DNA from: Sphingobacteriales bacterium
Lineage (GTDB): Bacteria; Bacteroidota; Bacteroidia; Chitinophagales; CAIOSU01
Direction of reading: 5' to 3'
DNA length: 64,000 nt
NCBI GenBank assembly: GCA_027486795.1
Contig: JAIXOI010000057.1
Coordinates: 26,896 to 90,895 of the forward strand
In this document: positions 8,693-18,306 of the stretch, piece by piece
How the letters are laid out: each line of letters opens with the position of its first letter
How positions within the stretch are numbered: position 1 is the stretch's first letter
The notes under the pieces: generated by a model
The model's database searches: none
What the model saw: only the letters and a program-made list of their open reading frames with translations
Told to the model about the DNA's origin: nothing
Made by a program: the position numbers and the translations under genes

Positions 8693-9428
8693 CAACTATA
8701 CGTTGGTATATAGCCAGCCTATAAAAGGCACAGTGCTCACCTCCGATAAGTTTGGGGCTGCCTACGTTATTACCAGCAAAAAGGAGTTGTACAAATTCAG
8801 CCCAACGGCCAATGCGTTTGTTACTTATAGTCTCATTAAATATGGGCAGCCTACCCACATTGATGCTAGCAACCCGCTAAAAGTGATGCTGTTTTTCAAT
8901 GATTACGACATCATCGTGTTTTTGGACAATACCCTATCCGAAAAAACAGTGGTGCGGCTGCAAAACTTTGGTCTGCAGCAAGTTGATGTGGTATGTTTAG
9001 CCTTGGACAACAATATTTGGATGTACGATGAGCTCATTTTTAAGCTCCGTAAAGTTGACGAAAATCTTAACGTTATTCGCGAGAGCGACGATTTGAGCCT
9101 GCTGTTCAATGCTATGATTAAGCCTACCTTTTTGTTGGAAGCCGATAATCGCCTATTTGTAAATGTGCCTAATATGGGTGTGCATGTGTTTGATGTGTTC
9201 GGTGCCTTCAGCCAAACCATCGCTCTAAAGGGTTTAGACGATTTTCAGGTGTTTAAGCAACAATTGGTTTATTTTAAAGAGGGTAAGCTTTACAGCTATA
9301 ACCTACAAACTTTCGATACCCGCCAAATACCTTTGCCCGAAGTTAGCGGTACCATATTGGATGTACATATACAGAGCGAACGCTTGGTGGTGTTAACGGA
9401 TACGGAGTTGTTGGTGTATGCTTATTGA
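8646..9428 (+). CDS. Hypothetical secreted protein
   Basis: An ORF with a plausible signal peptide (MLTLALMCWCGSLAAS) if it starts at 8646. No recognisable catalytic motif. Confidence 0.45.
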   Translation: MLTLALMCWCGSLAASNYTLVYSQPIKGTVLTSDKFGAAYVITSKKELYKFSPTANAFVTYSLIKYGQPTHIDASNPLKVMLFFNDYDIIVFLDNTLSEKTVVRLQNFGLQQVDVVCLALDNNIWMYDELIFKLRKVDENLNVIRESDDLSLLFNAMIKPTFLLEADNRLFVNVPNMGVHVFDVFGAFSQTIALKGLDDFQVFKQQLVYFKEGKLYSYNLQTFDTRQIPLPEVSGTILDVHIQSERLVVLTDTELLVYAY

Positions 9429-9454
9429 GGTTCCGAGTTGCGGGTTACATTTTA

Positions 9455-9520
9455 GCCCCTTTAGGGGCGTAAAGTTGGTAACTATTGAAACAACAAATAG
9501 TCCATAATCCCTTTAGGGAT
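9455..9520. repeat. Two REP-like hairpins upstream of the RAYT gene (GCCCC-TTTA-GGGGC and ATCCC-TTTA-GGGAT)
   Basis: Hairpins at 9455-9468 and 9507-9520 share a CCC-TTTA-GGG core. Confidence 0.7.
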
Positions 9521-9565
9521 GATACATACACAACACTTATAAGTGCACTTAAACCAAAATTGCAC

Positions 9566-10027
9566 ATGGCAAATACCTACACTCAAATCCATTTGCAGAT
9601 TGTCTTCGCGGTTAAATACCGAGGTGCTATAATTGACAAGACCTGGAAAGAAAATTTGTACCGTTATATAACTAGAATTGTTCAGGCCAATAACCATAAG
9701 CTTTTGGCTATAAATGGAATGCCTGACCATATTCATTTATTTGTAGGAATGCGACCAACTCAATCCGTTTCTGATCTATTGCAAGATATAAAAGGTAGCT
9801 CCTCAAAATGGATTAACGATAACAAACTGGTAAAAGGTAAGTTTGAATGGCAAGAGGGCTATGGAGCTTTTTCTTACGCAATATCACAAATTGATGATGT
9901 CATTAAGTACATAAACAACCAAGAAGAGCATCATAAAAACAGGTCTTTTCGGGAGGAGTATTTAGCATTTCTGCAGAAATTCAAGGTAGATTATAATGAG
10001 CTGTATATTTTTAAGGATTTGGTTTGA
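9566..10027 (+). CDS. REP-associated tyrosine transposase-like protein (IS200/IS605 Y1_Tnp family)
   Basis: MANTYTQIHLQIVFAVKYR..., HUH motif (PDHIHLFVGM), and a C-terminal Tyr region (WQEGYGAFSY...YINNQEEHH). The start was moved to the ATG at 9566 because the upstream part of the tracked ORF covers the hairpins. Confidence 0.8.
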   Translation: MANTYTQIHLQIVFAVKYRGAIIDKTWKENLYRYITRIVQANNHKLLAINGMPDHIHLFVGMRPTQSVSDLLQDIKGSSSKWINDNKLVKGKFEWQEGYGAFSYAISQIDDVIKYINNQEEHHKNRSFREEYLAFLQKFKVDYNELYIFKDLV

Positions 10028-10077
10028 TTTTAATGCATATCACATCCAGTTATGGTTATGCCCGCAATAAGTGTGTG

Positions 10078-10142
10078 CCGCCCCTACAGGGCGGTGTGTT
10101 ATGGTCATTGACTTTTCTACCAACATTTCGTCCCTGTGGGAC
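10078..10142. repeat. Two REP-like hairpins downstream of the RAYT gene (CCGCCC-CTACA-GGGCGG and GTCCC-TGT-GGGAC)
   Basis: Hairpins at 10078-10094 and 10130-10142, of the same CCC-loop-GGG type as the upstream pair. Confidence 0.7.
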
Positions 10143-10157
10143 TTTTGCATGTTATTT

Positions 10158-10235
10158 CCAACTCGGAATTCGCAACCAGTAACCCGCAACTACATTTTTT
10201 CGAACTCGCAACCCGTAACTCGCAACTCGTAACTA
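10158..10235 (+). repeat. Heptamer-periodic array, G[CT]AACNC family (two blocks of 5 units)
   Basis: CCAACTC GGAATTC GCAACCA GTAACCC GCAACTA (10158-10192), then CGAACTC GCAACCC GTAACTC GCAACTC GTAACTA (10201-10235), ending 10 nt before the prfA ATG. Confidence 0.85.
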
Positions 10236-10241
10236 TCTTTG
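10234..10241 (+). promoter_or_regulatory. Candidate -7 promoter box TATCTTTG, 4 nt before the prfA ATG
   Basis: Exact TAnnTTTG. The same TATCTTTGCCC string is found upstream of rpsL. No -33 TTTG at canonical spacing. Confidence 0.4.
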
Positions 10242-10245
10242 CCCC

Positions 10246-11319
10246 ATGCTAGAGAAACTAGAACAATTAAAGAACAAGTGGGAAGACCTAGAGCAGCGCC
10301 TTTCAGATCCGTCGGTATTGTCTGACCAGAAGCGCTTTAAGCAGGTGAGCAAAGAGTATAAAGACTTAGGTGTAATAGTAGCTGCGTATAGAAAGTACAA
10401 AAACGTAATGGACAATATCCGGAGCAATAAAGAACTACTGCGTACCGAAAAAGATGAAGAGTTTAGGGAAATGGCAAAGCTCGACCTTGCCGAGTTGGAA
10501 ACACAGCAAGAGGAAATGGAGGCAGATATCCGTATGCTTTTGGTGCCGAAAGACCCAGAAGATGAGCGCGATGTGATGGTGGAGATACGCGCCGGAACAG
10601 GTGGCGACGAGGCCGGCATTTTTGCCGCCGATCTTTTTCGCATGTACACCCGCTTTTTCGATTTGCAGGGATGGAAGTATGAAGTGTTGAACGAAAGCCC
10701 AGGAACCTTAGGTGGCTACAAAGAGGTAGTAATGGAAGTAATCGGCGATGAGGTGTATAGCGTTATGAAGTATGAAAGCGGGGTGCACCGTGTGCAGCGT
10801 GTGCCCGCTACTGAGTCGCAAGGCCGCATACACACCTCGGCTGCATCGGTGGCTGTAATGCCAGAGGCTGATGAAGTAGATGTGCACCTCGACCCTAAAG
10901 ACATTAAAGTAGATACTTTCCGCAGTAGCGGTGCAGGTGGCCAGCACGTAAACAAAGTGGAATCGGCAGTGCGGATGACACACATGCCTACCGGTATAGT
11001 AGTGGAGTGCCAAGCAGAGCGCAGCCAGATAAAGAACCGCGAATCGGCAATGAAGAGTCTGCGTACCAAGTTATATGAAGTTGAGTTGGAAAAGCGCAAT
11101 GCCGAAGTGGCAGCAAAGCGCAAAACCCTCGTTTCAACTGGCGACCGTAGTGCCAAAATACGCACCTACAACTACCCGCAGGGGCGCATTACCGACCACC
11201 GAATCGGCTTTACGAGCTACAATTTACCCGATTTTATGGGAGGTAACATCAACGAAATGATACAAGCGCTGCAATTGGCCGAAAATATGGAGAAACTCAA
11301 GGCTGGCGGACTAGCTTAA
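10246..11319 (+). CDS. prfA: Peptide chain release factor 1
   Basis: GGQHVNK motif, an RF1-type PxT tripeptide (RVPATESQGRIHTS), and a length of 357 aa. Confidence 0.95.
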   Translation: MLEKLEQLKNKWEDLEQRLSDPSVLSDQKRFKQVSKEYKDLGVIVAAYRKYKNVMDNIRSNKELLRTEKDEEFREMAKLDLAELETQQEEMEADIRMLLVPKDPEDERDVMVEIRAGTGGDEAGIFAADLFRMYTRFFDLQGWKYEVLNESPGTLGGYKEVVMEVIGDEVYSVMKYESGVHRVQRVPATESQGRIHTSAASVAVMPEADEVDVHLDPKDIKVDTFRSSGAGGQHVNKVESAVRMTHMPTGIVVECQAERSQIKNRESAMKSLRTKLYEVELEKRNAEVAAKRKTLVSTGDRSAKIRTYNYPQGRITDHRIGFTSYNLPDFMGGNINEMIQALQLAENMEKLKAGGLA

Positions 11320-11439
11320 TTTTACCATTGTTACCAATTGAACCTTTCCTTTCATTGCAACCTTATAGAGGTTAACGCGTTCTTATTGAGTATCGTGTTC
11401 TGATTCAGAATCCTTAACTTTATCCTTCCAAAATAGCTT

Positions 11440-12897
11440 ATGATTATCACTCGCATTGTTGTATTTACGCTCTTGGTAGGCTTCATGGCCATACCAGCGC
11501 AAGCCTTAGAAGTGCAAGTGCGCCATTGCCGTTTTTATGCGCCAGAGATAGGCCCGTATGTAGAGACTGATTTACTAGTGCTAGGCAACAGCATTAAATA
11601 TGTGCCTGTTGCCAATGGGCTTTATAGAGGCGCAGTTGAGGTTACGCTCATATATAAGCAAAATGGAGAAGTAAAGGCATTTGATAAATACGTGCTAAAT
11701 ACCGTTGATATTGCCGATACCTTAAACGTAAATGTGGGGTTGGTTGATAAGCAGCGCTTCGTATTGCCTAATGGCACCTATGCACTTGAAGCTACTTTTA
11801 AAGACATTAATTCAGGCAAGATCGAAACCCATCAGGAAGACTTAGTTATTGACTATGATTATAAGCAAATAAAATTTAGCGACATTAGTTTGGTTGATGA
11901 GTATAAGGCTAGCGATGAAAGTAGCGTTTATACAAAGAGCGGATTGTACATGTCGCCATATGTGGTTAACTTTTATCATAACGATGTAAACAAGCTTTCT
12001 TTTTACGTAGAACTTTATAATCCTGGCGTTTTGCCTACTGATGAAGGTTTGCTGGTAACATATGCCATTTATAAGCAAGGTAGGTTTGAGCACGAGGATA
12101 AAATGCTCTCTGTTAAAAAAGTAAAAGCCCAAGAGGTTATCCCAATATTCGCAGAGTTCGACATCAGCAATCTTGTATCGGGCAATTATGAGTTGATGGT
12201 TGAGGTTCGAAACCGCAATAATGAAGTGGTTACCTCTCGAACCGCTTTTTTTCAAAGGATGAAGTTTTTTGAGCCCGTTGCGCTCGACTCTATTGGCACA
12301 CTCAGTATTGAGGGAACCTTTGTGGAGCTTTTTACCAAAGAGGAAATAGAGTATCAACTTCTTTCAATGATGCCGGTTGCCACCATAGGCGAAGTAGCAA
12401 CTATTAAGAGTGTTATAAAAAATGGCGATTTTGAAATCATGAAGCGCATTTTCTTTAATTTTTGGCTGGCTCGCAACGATGTAGACCCACTAAGTGCTTG
12501 GACAGTGCATGCCGATTTAATTAAACAAGTGAACTATAGTTTTGGTACCAATAGCCTATATGGCTTTAACACCGATAGAGGAAGGGTATACTTGCAATAT
12601 GGTGCACCCAACCAAAGGCAAGTGGCCGATAGAGAGCCTGGCAGTTATCCTTACGAAATTTGGCAGTATTATGAGAAAGTAGGTGGCAGGCAGAGTAACT
12701 TAAAGTTTGTTTTCTATAACACTGATTTGGTTACCAACCATTACACTCTTTTGCACTCTAATGCTGTTGGTGAAATTCGTAACGAACAGTGGCAGCAAAT
12801 GCTACAATCTAGCTTTACTGGAGGTAATACGCCTATAAATGAAGATAATAGCCAGAACCATTATGGTGGCCGCTCCAAAGAGCGCTTTGATGAATGA
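11440..12897 (+). CDS. GWxTD domain-containing protein
   Basis: Signal peptide. The C-terminal region, YGFNTDRGRVYLQYGAPNQ...YPYEIWQY, matches the GWxTD domain pattern. Confidence 0.65.
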   Translation: MIITRIVVFTLLVGFMAIPAQALEVQVRHCRFYAPEIGPYVETDLLVLGNSIKYVPVANGLYRGAVEVTLIYKQNGEVKAFDKYVLNTVDIADTLNVNVGLVDKQRFVLPNGTYALEATFKDINSGKIETHQEDLVIDYDYKQIKFSDISLVDEYKASDESSVYTKSGLYMSPYVVNFYHNDVNKLSFYVELYNPGVLPTDEGLLVTYAIYKQGRFEHEDKMLSVKKVKAQEVIPIFAEFDISNLVSGNYELMVEVRNRNNEVVTSRTAFFQRMKFFEPVALDSIGTLSIEGTFVELFTKEEIEYQLLSMMPVATIGEVATIKSVIKNGDFEIMKRIFFNFWLARNDVDPLSAWTVHADLIKQVNYSFGTNSLYGFNTDRGRVYLQYGAPNQRQVADREPGSYPYEIWQYYEKVGGRQSNLKFVFYNTDLVTNHYTLLHSNAVGEIRNEQWQQMLQSSFTGGNTPINEDNSQNHYGGRSKERFDE

Positions 12898-12906
12898 TAC
12901 GCACCT

Positions 12907-13779
12907 ATGGATCGATTGTCTTACTGGCTTGTAATAGGTTTTCTTTACCCGCTATCGAAGTTACCATTCGCAGCGTTGTATTTTCTTTCCGATTTTGCCT
13001 ATTACATAATGTACTACCTAGTGCGCTATCGTCGCAAGGTGGTAACCCAAAATCTGTCCAGAGCATTTCCCGAAAAAACAGAACAAGAGATAACGGCTAT
13101 CGCAAAAAAGTTTTACAGTAGCTTTTGTGATATCATTATCGAGAATGTTAAATTTCTTACAGTCAGTGCCAACGAACTAGAGCAGCGTTTCCAGATAACG
13201 AACCATGAGGTGGTGGATGAGTTATACCAGCAACGCCGCAGTGCTATTACTACCTTGGGCCACATGGGCAATTGGGAAATGGCCGGCCTCAATGCCAGCC
13301 ATACCGTGGGGCATCATTCGTTGGCCATATACAAGCCACTTAAAAACAAACACTTTGATGCGCTGGCTCGTAAAATGCGCGCACGATTTGGTATGGAACT
13401 AGTGGCCCAGAACCGCATGCGCCATTTGCTAACTACCTTGGATAAAGAAGCCTGCCTATTCCATTTTATAACCGACCAGACCCCAGGTGGCAAAGCCCCA
13501 AGCCATTGGATGACCTTCATGAACCAAGAGGCACCTATATACCTTGGTACCGAACGGGTGGCTAAAATGACCAACTTACCCGTTTTCTATTGCCACATTC
13601 TTCGTCAAAAACGCGGCTATTATACGTTAGAGTTAAAAGTAGTAACCGATAACCCTAGCACTTGCGCCCCCAATGAGATTACCGAAAGGCACACCCAATT
13701 GCTGGAAGCCAACATCCGTGAGCAGCCCGAAAGCTGGCTTTGGAGCCATAAAAGGTGGAAGCATAGGAAGCCCAATTAG
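12907..13779 (+). CDS. Lysophospholipid / lipid A biosynthesis acyltransferase (LpxL/HtrB family)
   Basis: N-terminal membrane helix, an HX4(D/E) acyltransferase motif (GHMGNWEM), and about 290 aa, as in the LpxL/LpxM family. Confidence 0.7.
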   Translation: MDRLSYWLVIGFLYPLSKLPFAALYFLSDFAYYIMYYLVRYRRKVVTQNLSRAFPEKTEQEITAIAKKFYSSFCDIIIENVKFLTVSANELEQRFQITNHEVVDELYQQRRSAITTLGHMGNWEMAGLNASHTVGHHSLAIYKPLKNKHFDALARKMRARFGMELVAQNRMRHLLTTLDKEACLFHFITDQTPGGKAPSHWMTFMNQEAPIYLGTERVAKMTNLPVFYCHILRQKRGYYTLELKVVTDNPSTCAPNEITERHTQLLEANIREQPESWLWSHKRWKHRKPN

Positions 13780-13810
13780 GAAATTTGGTAATGTGCTAAT
13801 TTGGAAATTA
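13779..13810. repeat. Octamer-periodic array GGAAATTT GGTAATGT GCTAATTT GGAAATTA
   Basis: Period 8, starting on the last base of the acyltransferase stop codon. AATTTGGAAAT (13798-13808) is the exact inverted partner of 13840-13850. Confidence 0.8.
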
Positions 13811-13841
13811 TCTATTTTATTTGAGTAATGGTTAAACCCAT

Positions 13842-13873
13842 TTCCAAATTTTCAAATTGACTCATTTTCAAAT
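13842..13873. repeat. Octamer-periodic array TTCCAAAT TTTCAAAT TGACTCAT TTTCAAAT (inverted partner of 13779-13810)
   Basis: Period 8. It overlaps the last about 8 codons and the stop codon of the transporter gene at 13852. TTCCAAATTTTCAAATTGA (13842-13860) recurs exactly at 43645-43663. Confidence 0.8.
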
Positions 13874-14892
13874 TGATTGCGACTCGCCAACCGTTGCGCA
13901 ATAATACTAGCTACCAGCAACTGCAAGGCGTGGTAAATCATAATCGGTAGAAGTATAATACCTGTCATACTGCTATCCGCAAAAAGCACTTTACTCATTA
14001 CGGTGCCTTGTACCAGGCTTTTTTTGCTGCCGCAAAACTGCGCGGTAATGGTATCCTCTCTATTAAATTTTAATAGTTTACTCACCAAATGCACTATACC
14101 ATACACGGTAACAAAGAGCCCTAACATGCCCAAGCCAAGCAGTAATAAAGCAGTAGCGCTAAAGCCTACAAATAGGTCCATGGTAAATGAGTGGCAGAAG
14201 GAGGTGTAAATAATAAGGAGGATGATAATTTGATCGAAGTAGCGCAATTTCATGCAATGCTTAGCCGTAAAACCTCCGAAGCGCCTATGTAATAATATAC
14301 CGAGCACAACAGGCACTATAACCTGTACGGTGAGCTTTAGTATCACGTCGCCTATCACATAATCGTCGCTTGTGGCTGCTATTACCAGCCCCATCCATAG
14401 AGGTGTTAAAAACACTCCTATAAGGCTACTGATGCTGGCATTGAATATGGCAGCGGGTATATTGCCCCCTGCAATAGATACCATTACTACCGAGGATGAT
14501 ACGGTAGAGGGTAATGAAGCTAAGAAAAATACCCCCAACCACAAGGTGTTGTTATCGGCATCCGGAAAAAGGAACCGAGTACTATATATAATAGCGGGAA
14601 ACAGAATAAACGTGGTGGTGTGAATGGTAGCGTGCAAACGCCAGTTTTTGAGGCCAGCTTTCATTTTCTCGGGGCTAAGCTTCAAGCCATAGAAGAAGAA
14701 AATAAGCGATACACCATAGGTAGTAAACTTACCCAGCGATACAGGCCCATCATAATTGCCAGGGCCGGGCAAAAGATAAGCCAGTCCAATCATGCCAAGC
14801 AGGGCTAGAATGAACCAGTCAAGACCCGCTTTGGCAGCGGTTGCACGTAGGGTGGCAAACGATAGGATAGAGGGGGCTGGTTTGGTCGTCAT
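13852..14892 (-). CDS. Bile acid:sodium symporter (BASS/SBF-like, YfeH-type) family transporter
   Basis: 346 aa polytopic membrane protein with an SBF-like pattern (GLKLSPEKMKAGLKNWRLH, LPSTVSSSVVM). Confidence 0.75.
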   Translation of the reverse strand: MTTKPAPSILSFATLRATAAKAGLDWFILALLGMIGLAYLLPGPGNYDGPVSLGKFTTYGVSLIFFFYGLKLSPEKMKAGLKNWRLHATIHTTTFILFPAIIYSTRFLFPDADNNTLWLGVFFLASLPSTVSSSVVMVSIAGGNIPAAIFNASISSLIGVFLTPLWMGLVIAATSDDYVIGDVILKLTVQVIVPVVLGILLHRRFGGFTAKHCMKLRYFDQIIILLIIYTSFCHSFTMDLFVGFSATALLLLGLGMLGLFVTVYGIVHLVSKLLKFNREDTITAQFCGSKKSLVQGTVMSKVLFADSSMTGIILLPIMIYHALQLLVASIIAQRLASRNQFENESI

Positions 14893-15152
14893 TTCGGGTG
14901 CTAAGTAGGCAAAGTTTTTTCAGAAATTGCGAAAAATGCCGTTGTTAAATGAGGCCAATACTATGTGGGTTTGTGGATAAACGTAGATTCTGGAAATTTT
15001 TTTCATTTTTTTTGATAGGGCAAAATGCTATGTATAAAGTAAAAAAGATTTCAAAAAACATTGATAATCAGTACAAATATGGCAATTTATTCAAAGAGCG
15101 AGAGGTTGCTTGCGGTGTTGTGCATTTATCTTCAACAAAAATGAAAAAATGA

Positions 15153-15184
15153 TTTGTAAATGAAGAATGGGTTAGCTATCTTTG
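15153..15184 (+). promoter_or_regulatory. Candidate Bacteroidota promoter of the rpsL operon (-33 TTTG at 15153-15156, -7 TATCTTTG at 15177-15184)
   Basis: Both consensus elements are present with a 20-nt spacer, 27 nt upstream of the rpsL ATG. Confidence 0.5.
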
Positions 15185-15211
15185 CCCTTCCAAAAATAGA
15201 ACGAGTAAAGT

Positions 15212-15625
15212 ATGCCTACTATTCAACAATTGGTAAGAAACGGAAGGAAGGTAATAGATACCCCTAGCAAGTCAAGAGCATTAGATTCTTGCCCACAGAA
15301 ACGTGGTGTTTGTACGAGGGTTTATACTACCACCCCTAAGAAGCCTAACTCAGCACTTCGTAAAGTAGCTAAAGTACGTTTGACCAACCAAACCGAGGTA
15401 ATCGCTTACATCGGTGGCGAAGGTCACAACCTACAAGAGCACTCAATCGTGCTTATCCGTGGCGGAAGGGTGAAAGATTTGCCAGGTGTACGTTACCACA
15501 TTGTACGTGGTGCTTTGGATACGTCAGGAGTAAACAACCGTAAGCAGAGTCGTTCTAAATACGGCACCAAACGTCCTAAGCCAGGACAAGTGGCAGCTCC
15601 AACTAAAGGTGGCAAGAAGAAATAA
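15212..15625 (+). CDS. rpsL: 30S ribosomal protein S12
   Basis: [13 protein letters not shown]..., KKPNSALRK, and its position as first gene of the rpsL-rpsG-fusA order. Confidence 0.97.
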   Translation: MPTIQQLVRNGRKVIDTPSKSRALDSCPQKRGVCTRVYTTTPKKPNSALRKVAKVRLTNQTEVIAYIGGEGHNLQEHSIVLIRGGRVKDLPGVRYHIVRGALDTSGVNNRKQSRSKYGTKRPKPGQVAAPTKGGKKK

Positions 15626-15654
15626 TTAAGAAACAGGATTAGTATCAATATAGC

Positions 15655-16122
15655 ATGAGAAAGACCGCAGCAAAAAAACGTTTCCTAGAGCCAGATCCGA
15701 AATTCGGTGATACATTGGTTACACGTTTCGTAAATGACCTAATGCAGGACGGCAAGAAAAGTGTTGCTTTCAAGATTTTTTACGATGCGGTAGCGCAAGT
15801 AGAAAAAACCACTGGCGAAAGCGGATTGGAAACTTGGAGGAAAGCCTTGCACAACATTATGCCAGGAGTAGAAGTAAAGTCTCGCCGTATCGGTGGTGCT
15901 AACTTTCAAATCCCAACAGAAGTTCGTCCGGAGCGTAAAGTTTCTGTAGGTATCAAGTGGTTGATTAAATACTCTCGCTTGCGTAAAGGTAAAACCATGG
16001 CCGACAAATTGGCTGCCGAGGTTATTGCTGCTGCAAAAGGCGAAGGTGCAGCAATGAAGAAGAGAGAAGACACGCACCGTATGGCTGATGCCAACAAAGC
16101 ATTCTCACATTTTAGAGCTTAA
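15655..16122 (+). CDS. rpsG: 30S ribosomal protein S7
   Basis: 155 aa with the S7 pattern (KFGDTLVTRFVN, GGANFQIPTEVRPER). It lies between rpsL and fusA. Confidence 0.95.
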   Translation: MRKTAAKKRFLEPDPKFGDTLVTRFVNDLMQDGKKSVAFKIFYDAVAQVEKTTGESGLETWRKALHNIMPGVEVKSRRIGGANFQIPTEVRPERKVSVGIKWLIKYSRLRKGKTMADKLAAEVIAAAKGEGAAMKKREDTHRMADANKAFSHFRA

Positions 16123-16144
16123 TTTTTAGCAGAGGGATATAACA

Positions 16145-18298
16145 ATGGCACGCGATTTAAGATTCACAAGGAACATAGGTATTGCCGCTCACATTGATGC
16201 GGGCAAAACTACTACGTCTGAGCGTATCCTGTATTACACAGGTTTAACGCACAAGATTGGTGAGGTGCACGATGGTGGCGCTACTATGGATTGGATGGAG
16301 CAAGAGAAGGAACGTGGTATCACTATCACTTCGGCGGCTACTACCACTTTCTGGAAATTTCCTACCGAGCAAGGTAAGGCTCTACCAGAAACTAAAGAAT
16401 ACAAGATTAATTTGATTGATACTCCAGGACACGTTGACTTTACCGTAGAGGTTGAGCGCTCATTGCGTGTATTGGATGGCATGGTTGGTTTGTTCTGCGC
16501 CGTTGGTGGTGTTGAGCCTCAATCAGAAACAGTTTGGCGTCAAGCTAACCGCTACAAAGTGCCACGTATCGGTTTCGTAAATAAAATGGACCGCGCTGGT
16601 GCCGACTTCCTTGAAGTAGTTCGCCAGGTTCGTGTTATGTTGGGTGCGAACCCAGTTCCACTTCAGTTGCCTATTGGTGCTGAGGATGATTTTATCGGTA
16701 TCATTGATTTGGTAAAACGTAAGGCTTACTATTTTGACGAGGCCACCCAAGGTATGACCTATAAAGAGGAAGAAGTTCCTGCTGATATGGAAGCCGAAGT
16801 TGACGAATGGCGCGAGAAAATGCTTGAGGCCATCGCCGAATACGACGATACTTTGATGGAGAAATATTTCGAGGACCCTAATTCAATTAGCGACGCCGAA
16901 ATTAATGCTGCTATCCGTAAGGCAGTCATCGACATGAGCATCATCCCGATGTTGTGCGGTTCTGCTTTTAAAAACAAAGGCGTGCAAGCCATGTTGGATG
17001 CAGTTATTAAGTTCCTTCCTTCTCCTATGGATGTTGAAGCCGTAATGGGCATCAACCCTAAGAATGATCTTGAAGAGCCACGCAAACCAGATGCTAAAGA
17101 GCCTTTCGCTGCCCTAGCATTTAAGATTGCTACCGATCCGTTTGTAGGTCGCTTGGCTTTCTTCCGTGTGTATTCTGGTTTCCTTGATGCGGGTTCGTAC
17201 GTATTGAACAGCCGTAGTGGTAAGAAAGAGCGTATCAGTCGTATTTTGCAGATGCACTCTAACAAGCAGAACCCTATCGATCGTATCGAAGCGGGTGACA
17301 TTGGTGCAGCGGTAGGTTTCAAAGAAATCCGCACCGGAGATACGCTATGTGATGAGAAGTTCCCGATTGTGTTGGAGAGCATGACCTTCCCTGAGCCAGT
17401 TATCGGTTTGGCTATTGAGCCTAAAACTCAGGCTGATGCTGATAAGTTGGGTATGGGCTTGAGCAAGCTTGCTGAAGAGGATCCTACCTTCCGTGTGAAC
17501 TTTGATGACGAAACTGGCCAAACCGTTATCAGCGGTATGGGTGAGCTTCACTTGGAAATCATTGTTGACCGTTTGAAACGTGAGTTTAAAGTAGAAGTAA
17601 ACCAAGGTGCTCCACAGGTTGCTTACAAAGAGGCAATTACCAAAACTGTGAAACACCGCGAAACATACAAAAAACAAACTGGTGGTCGTGGTAAGTTTGC
17701 CGACATCCAATTCGAGATTGGCCCTGCCGACGAAGAATGGATGAAAGAGAACCCAACAGGTCTGCAGTTTATCAACGATATTTTTGGTGGTTCAATTCCT
17801 CGTGAATTTGTTCCATCTGTAGAGAAAGGTTTCAAAGAAGCCATGAAAACTGGTGTATTGGCCGGCTACCAAATGGATACAATGAAGATTCGTTTGTTTG
17901 ACGGTTCATATCACGATGTCGATTCAGATGCGTTATCGTTCGAGCTGTGTGCCCGTATCGGTTACCGTGAGTCTGCCCGTAAAGCTGGTGCACAATTGTT
18001 GGAGCCAATCATGAAATTGGAAGTTATCACTCCTGAAGAGAACACAGGTGACGTAGTAGGCGATTTGAACCGCCGTCGCGGTATGATGGAAGGCATGGAA
18101 ATCAAAAACAATGCCCAGTACATCAGAGCTAAGGTGCCTCTAAGCGAGATGTTCGGTTATGTAACCCAGTTGCGTACCCTAACATCAGGACGTGCCACTT
18201 CGATTATGGAGTTTAGCCACTATGCCCCAGCACCAAATAACGTTGCTGAAGCAGTAATGGCGAATGCAAAAGGTAAGAAAGTATCAATAGAAGATTAA
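16145..18298 (+). CDS. fusA: Elongation factor G
   Basis: [32 protein letters not shown] and NKMDR GTPase motifs; 717 aa. Confidence 0.97.
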   Translation: MARDLRFTRNIGIAAHIDAGKTTTSERILYYTGLTHKIGEVHDGGATMDWMEQEKERGITITSAATTTFWKFPTEQGKALPETKEYKINLIDTPGHVDFTVEVERSLRVLDGMVGLFCAVGGVEPQSETVWRQANRYKVPRIGFVNKMDRAGADFLEVVRQVRVMLGANPVPLQLPIGAEDDFIGIIDLVKRKAYYFDEATQGMTYKEEEVPADMEAEVDEWREKMLEAIAEYDDTLMEKYFEDPNSISDAEINAAIRKAVIDMSIIPMLCGSAFKNKGVQAMLDAVIKFLPSPMDVEAVMGINPKNDLEEPRKPDAKEPFAALAFKIATDPFVGRLAFFRVYSGFLDAGSYVLNSRSGKKERISRILQMHSNKQNPIDRIEAGDIGAAVGFKEIRTGDTLCDEKFPIVLESMTFPEPVIGLAIEPKTQADADKLGMGLSKLAEEDPTFRVNFDDETGQTVISGMGELHLEIIVDRLKREFKVEVNQGAPQVAYKEAITKTVKHRETYKKQTGGRGKFADIQFEIGPADEEWMKENPTGLQFINDIFGGSIPREFVPSVEKGFKEAMKTGVLAGYQMDTMKIRLFDGSYHDVDSDALSFELCARIGYRESARKAGAQLLEPIMKLEVITPEENTGDVVGDLNRRRGMMEGMEIKNNAQYIRAKVPLSEMFGYVTQLRTLTSGRATSIMEFSHYAPAPNNVAEAVMANAKGKKVSIED

Positions 18299-18306
18299 TA
18301 TCTGCC

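Larger units (their letters stand above)
9436..10191 (+). mobile_element. RAYT / IS200-like Y1 (HUH) transposase cassette bounded by 13-nt perfect inverted repeats
   Basis: AGTTGCGGGTTAC at 9436-9448 is the exact reverse complement of GTAACCCGCAACT at 10179-10191. Inside are two short hairpins on each side of the HUH gene. Confidence 0.55.

Noticed and set aside
14949-15152. 67-aa ORF upstream of rpsL
   Set aside because: It lies in an AT-rich promoter region, has Lys-rich low-complexity sequence and no motif, and the candidate rpsL promoter begins at its 3' end (-33 TTTG at 15153-15156).
16759-17382. 207-aa minus-strand ORF, plus several others (16234-16482, 16523-16750, 17345-17710, 17623-17844), inside fusA
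   Set aside because: They are entirely antisense to a highly conserved EF-G coding sequence. The translations are low-complexity (Ser/Ala/Ile-rich) with no motifs, typical of shadow ORFs.
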